Below the pieces are notes generated by a model. That model did not search any database, was not told the DNA's origin, and saw nothing but the letters and a program-made list of their open reading frames with translations. From NCBI RefSeq assembly GCF_963921235.1, contig NC_086109.1, positions 23,128,001 to 23,192,000 of the forward strand: 64,000 nucleotides of DNA, read 5' to 3'. The stretch's first letter is position 1, and each line of letters opens with the position of its first letter. Position numbers and translations under genes: made by a program. This DNA comes from Mobula hypostoma. Lineage: Eukaryota. Positions 59,340-64,000 of the stretch are shown one piece after another.

Positions 59340-59726
59340 GAACGCTGTATGCAGGATCCCACCCATTCATCCAGCATCCTCTTTGACTTTCTACCATCAG
59401 GCAGGAGACCCTGATGCATAAAAAAAACAAGACAGGTCAGGATGGGGAATAATTTCTTCCCTCAGGCCATTGGGCTTCTGAATACTTTGCTGCATTGTAT
59501 TCTGGTTAATCTGTTCCGTACCTACAGTTTTTAATTTACGCACTTTAGTGCATTATTTATGCATGAGTCATCTGTAGACTGCATCGTTACCTTCATAAGT
59601 TATTGTGTGTTATGTGTACTACTGTGCTTTACACCTTTATTTGGAGAAACATCTCATTTCTATATACTGTATATTATATATATTATATACATGTATATAG
59701 TTAAATGACAGTAAACTTGACTTGAA
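59340..59726 (+). mobile_element. Rex/Babar-like LINE 3' end
   Basis: ctaccatcaggcaggaga...ttcttccctcaggccat; tail tgacagtaaacttgacttga. Confidence 0.55.
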
Positions 59727-60469
59727 ATGGATGAGGGAGAATAAACAATCCATTCGTTTGAACTGCTGGAGGAGGAGTCATGTGCCCTCCTCAGTCTACC
59801 CACCCAGTTCTACAGAAGGTCCATTCATTGGCACTTTTTAAGACCAAACCAGATAGTTACAGGGGGGAAGGCCTCAATAAAAAAAAAATTAGCATTTAAC
59901 TGTGAAACACTTGTGAAGGAAAGACTGAAATGCACTATATATCTGATATCCTCAATGACTTCATTACATGGGAACATTTTCATCAAAAGAGATTGTCAAT
60001 GTTGGGGAGAAAAGTCAGACCTTCTGCTTCTCTTCTTACTCTGGTTCCACTCATTGATTTGATTCTTAAAAGTAAACAGCCAATTAATGACAAACACCAC
60101 CCACCTCTGCACACCCTTCTCACTCAACACTTAATGACTGGAAGAAATCAAATCTTATCCACCACTTACTCGGCAACTATACCTTCCAGGATAACTTGAG
60201 TATGTCCTTCCAAAGCCTTCAATTCGATTCATAAAAGAGATCTGCATTCGCTTTCTTGAAACAAGTGAGACAACCCACTAGCAACAGCGCCTGTTCACTA
60301 GTATAGAGGAGCCATTCACAGCACTCAAACTTTTTCCAATAAAACTGAGAAATAGCTGACATTCTTCTAATTTTTGCCGATTTCTTAGTGCATATTGTTT
60401 GTGTTGTTTGTGCTGATTGTAAAGACTCCTTGTGGAAACAGAAAAACCTGCATATTTAGTACATAACAA

Positions 60470-60490
60470 ACACACACACACACACACACA
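60470..60490. repeat. (AC)10 microsatellite
   Basis: Direct reading. Confidence 0.9.
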
Positions 60491-60860
60491 ATATTGGCCA
60501 AGATAAAGACTTTTTATATAGATTAATTAAACAAAATACGAAAACCATGCTCTTCACTTGGCAACTGCTTTTAAAAAAGCCTAATAGTCCTTTAGTAGAG
60601 CTACTCTTTCCACTCCTGCATCGAGAACCCAATGAGATATATGCAATGGGCAATGACCATGTGTAAATTTACCACTTGTCTAAAAGTAATAATAGATACT
60701 ATCTTGCAGAAGAATATCTGCAGGTCTTGGGATGGGTTGAAAAACTCCAATGTATGTCACAAACACAGCAAGATATGAATTGTGCAGGTCAGAAATTCTA
60801 GAAAGTAAGGAGATGCTGCAGTTTACAATCCTGAACAATTAAACTGATTCTAGATTCTGC

Positions 60861-60996
60861 GAACACGAGGAAATCTGCAGATGCTGGAAATTCAAGCAAC
60901 ACACACAAAGTGCTGGTGGGCCCGAAACATCGACTGTGCTTCTTCCTATGGATGCTCTTTGGCCTGCTGCGTTCCACCAGCATTTTGTGTGTGTTG
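60861..60996. mobile_element. Minimal fold-back Penelope-like insertion
   Basis: 11-bp TSD ctagattctgc (60850-60860, 60997-61007); inverted gcaacacacacaaagtgctggtgg / ccaccagcattttgtgtgtgttgc. Confidence 0.88.
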
Positions 60997-61264
60997 CTAG
61001 ATTCTGCCAAGCCTTTTATTGCTAAATAATCCAGTTATACTGTGGAAAGCCCAACCAAGTCCAACCATCTGACATCTGGTCAGCAATCCTGATCCAAACC
61101 TTTGAGGGCCATTACTAAAGTAGGTCAGAAGCTGAGCATCTTGCAGCAAGTGACTCATTTCCTAAATTAATCCATCTAGGAACAAGTCATGAGCACAACA
61201 GAAGCCTCGTCACTTACAGAAGTATAGCCTCAATAACACTGATAAACCTTAATGCCATCAGCGA

Positions 61265-62775
61265 TGCTATTACTAAGGGGAAGGTGCTTGGGAAGATGAA
61301 AGGATAAATCACCCAGACCAAATGGACTATATTCTGAAAGAGGTAGCTGAAGAGATTGTGGATACATTAGTAATGATCTTTCAAGAATCACTAGCTTCTG
61401 CAATAGTTCAGAAGACTGGAAAATCGCAAATATCACTCCACTCTAAGAAGGGAGGGATGAAGAAAAAACAGAATTATAGGCCATTTAGCCAGACTTCAAT
61501 GGTTGGGAAGATGTTGGAGCCTATTATTAGGATTAGGTTTGGGGTATTTGGAAGCACATGACAAAATAGGCCAAAGTCAGCATGGTTCCCTTAGGGGGAA
61601 AATCTTGCCAGACAGATCTGTGGGAATTCTTTGAAAAAAATAGCAGGCAGGATAGACAAAGGAGAGTCTGTCTTACACAAGGTTTATTTGGGTTTTCAGA
61701 AAGAGTATGACAAGGTGCCGCATATGAGGCTACTTAACAAGATAAAAGCACATGGTTTTACAGGAAAGATAATAGCATGGATAGAAGATTGGCTGACTGG
61801 CAGGAGGGTGGGAACAAAGGGGACCTTTTCTGGTTGGCTGCCGGTGACAGGAGCTGTGCCAAAGGGGTCCGTGTTGGGACTGCTTCTTCGGGACTGAATT
61901 GATGGCTTTGTGGCCACATTTGCAGACGATACAGAGATAGGTGGAGGAGCAGGTAGGTTTGCGGAAGCAGGGAGGGAGGCTGTAGAAGGACGTGTAGGGA
62001 AGTGTATGATCATGCACTTTGGTAGAAGGAATAAAGGCATAGGCTATTTTCTAAATGGGGAGAAAATTCAAAAATCAGAGGTGCAAGGGGAGTTGGGAGT
62101 CCTTATGCAGGATTCCCTTCAGGTTAACTTGCAGGTTGAGTTAGTGGTAAGGAAGGCAAATGCAAGGTCAGCATCCATTTTGCGAGGACTAGAATATAAG
62201 AGCAAGGATGCAATGCTGAGGCTTTATAAGGCACTGGTCAGACTGGAGTTAGGGTACTGTGAGCAGTTTTGGGCCCCTTATCTAAAAGATGTGCCGGCAT
62301 TAGGAGGTTCCAGAGGAGGTTCATGAGAATAATTCCAGGAATGAATGGCAATGAGGAGCATTTGATGGCTCTGGCTCTTACTCTCTGAGTTTAGAAGAAT
62401 GAGGAGAGATCTCATTAATACCTATTTAATACTGGAAGGTCTGGATAGAGTGGGAGTAGGGAAGATGTTTCCTCCCGTGGGGGAGTCTAAATCTGGAGGG
62501 CACAGCCTCAGACCAGAGGGACGTCCATTTACAACAGAGACTAGGAGGAATTCCATTAGCCAGAGGATGGTGAATCGGTGGAATTCATTACCACAGGCAG
62601 CTGCGGAGGCCAAGTCATTGAGTATATTTAAAGCAGAGGGTGATAGACTCTTGATTAGTCAGAATCTCAAGGTTTACAGGGAGAAGTCAGGAGATAATTA
62701 ATCAGCCATGATGGAATAGCAGAGCATACCTGATTGGCTGAATAGCCTAATTCTGCTCCTATGTATTTTGGTCTT
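61265..62775 (+). mobile_element. CR1-type LINE ORF2 (RT to 3' end), frameshifted
   Basis: NYRP.S.TS.VGKMLE, YL.FQK.YDKVPH.RLL.K, GAVPKGSVLG.LL, FADDT, LYKALVR..L.YCEQFWAPY. Confidence 0.9.
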
Positions 62776-64000
62776 TTGATACAGTAGTCCATTTGACTGG
62801 CACACTGTCAATAGCCCTAAAATTTCTTTCACTGCTATACCACAGCAGCAGTATGTACCCTCTGTCCTGCTTGGGCTACCCTTGAGACACGACCTCTACC
62901 GCAAGGAAGCAGGTGAATGCAAAGGTTACCAACTTTCCTCCACAGGCTCTCAGACTGCCCACCATCCCAACTTGGAATACGTCGCTGTTCCTTTACTGTT
63001 GCCTGTTCTCACGGACAGAAATCCCTGAACTACAGCATTGTTGAAGTATCTTCATGAGCACCACAGCAGTGTTTTATGTAGGTAGCCCACCACCTTCTCA
63101 AGAACACTATCAAGAACAGACAGAGCAAGATATGAATTCTGCAGTTTAGAAGTTCCAGGAAATAAATGCTAGCTTTGCCAGTGATGTCCACATCCTGAAA
63201 AAAATGAATGCATATGAAGTACTATCTATGAAAGTAATCATGATTACTTAATCATAATCCATATTTGCAACAAGACTTACACTAATGTATACACACTTTG
63301 GATGCTAACCTTGCAGAATTATCATTTGAAATTGAGCCAGTCATAGGATAAATACTTCTTGCACAGATTATGTTTTTCCACAAAGCCTGCAATGTCCAAA
63401 GCCAGGAGTAATTAAAAGAGTCGACATCCTGCCAAGTCCAAATCATAATTTTCCCTAAACAGCTGAGGCCTGCACCAAATCTAAATAAACAAAAGCACAT
63501 GACACTTTTTGCCAAGTAATACTAGAGAAAAGCTTTGTCAATGCAGTTAGCCAAGGAACGAGGGCTCATCTAATCACATATTAGGGGGTGGGAATGCTGG
63601 AGCTGGGTACAATCTGCCTGTCTGGATAATACTATCTGTATTGCACTGACAAAGCAAGGGTTATATTATAATGATTCGCTAAAACGAGCCTTTGGCTGAT
63701 CTGTCCATAGGTTACCTCTCATGCAAATAGGGACCTCAGTAGATAATCAGAGAGCAACGATGTAATTGAGCACAAGTCTGACAGCAGGCTTAAAGTAGTA
63801 AATTAAAGGCTCGTGTTCCACACTGCTTCATAATTTAAAAATCAAATTCAACTTTAGAAGGGAGGCAAATCAGGTGATAAATAAGCATGATGAATTTTTC
63901 TATATTGTAGCAGGATTTGCAAACTATCCTTCAAGGAGAAGAGACCACATTTGAACTGGACTAAGAATGGAGAGAGTGGGAAGTTCAGACTGGGAACAGT

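Noticed and set aside
1035..61000. Recurrent ~38-nt partly palindromic motif as a CRISPR repeat
   Set aside because: Copies are dispersed, on both strands, inside longer homologous PLE termini, with no regular spacers or cas genes; the DNA is vertebrate.
27740..64000. First SRGAP coding exon (M...KKDKEIIAEY-type)
   Set aside because: Not found by eye; probably beyond the window end, although a short exon could have been missed.

Overview
Vertebrate genomic DNA, most likely a cartilaginous fish (shark/ray). This is inferred from the repeat set: V-SINE and Deu-type SINEs, abundant CR1, Rex1/Babar, L1 and Neptune-type Penelope elements. The only host-gene signal is three minus-strand coding exons of an SRGAP-family (Slit-Robo GAP, F-BAR region) gene at 27544-27739, 20970-21132 and 11468-11530. 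All have GT-AG boundaries and compatible phases. The rest is intron filled with nested transposon fragments, and almost all ORFs in the track are TE remnants or noise. The most notable structures are: (i) about 15 copies of a minimal hammerhead-ribozyme motif in Penelope-like element (PLE) termini, with compensatory stem changes; (ii) five TSD-flanked fold-back PLE insertions, each with a ~30-nt extension on only one arm; (iii) a TSD-flanked RTE-type non-autonomous element whose 5' region resembles an HDV-like ribozyme, with its only obvious P1 partner lying downstream. Repeat boundaries without a TSD/TIR are approximate, and family names come from motif recognition, not database searches.
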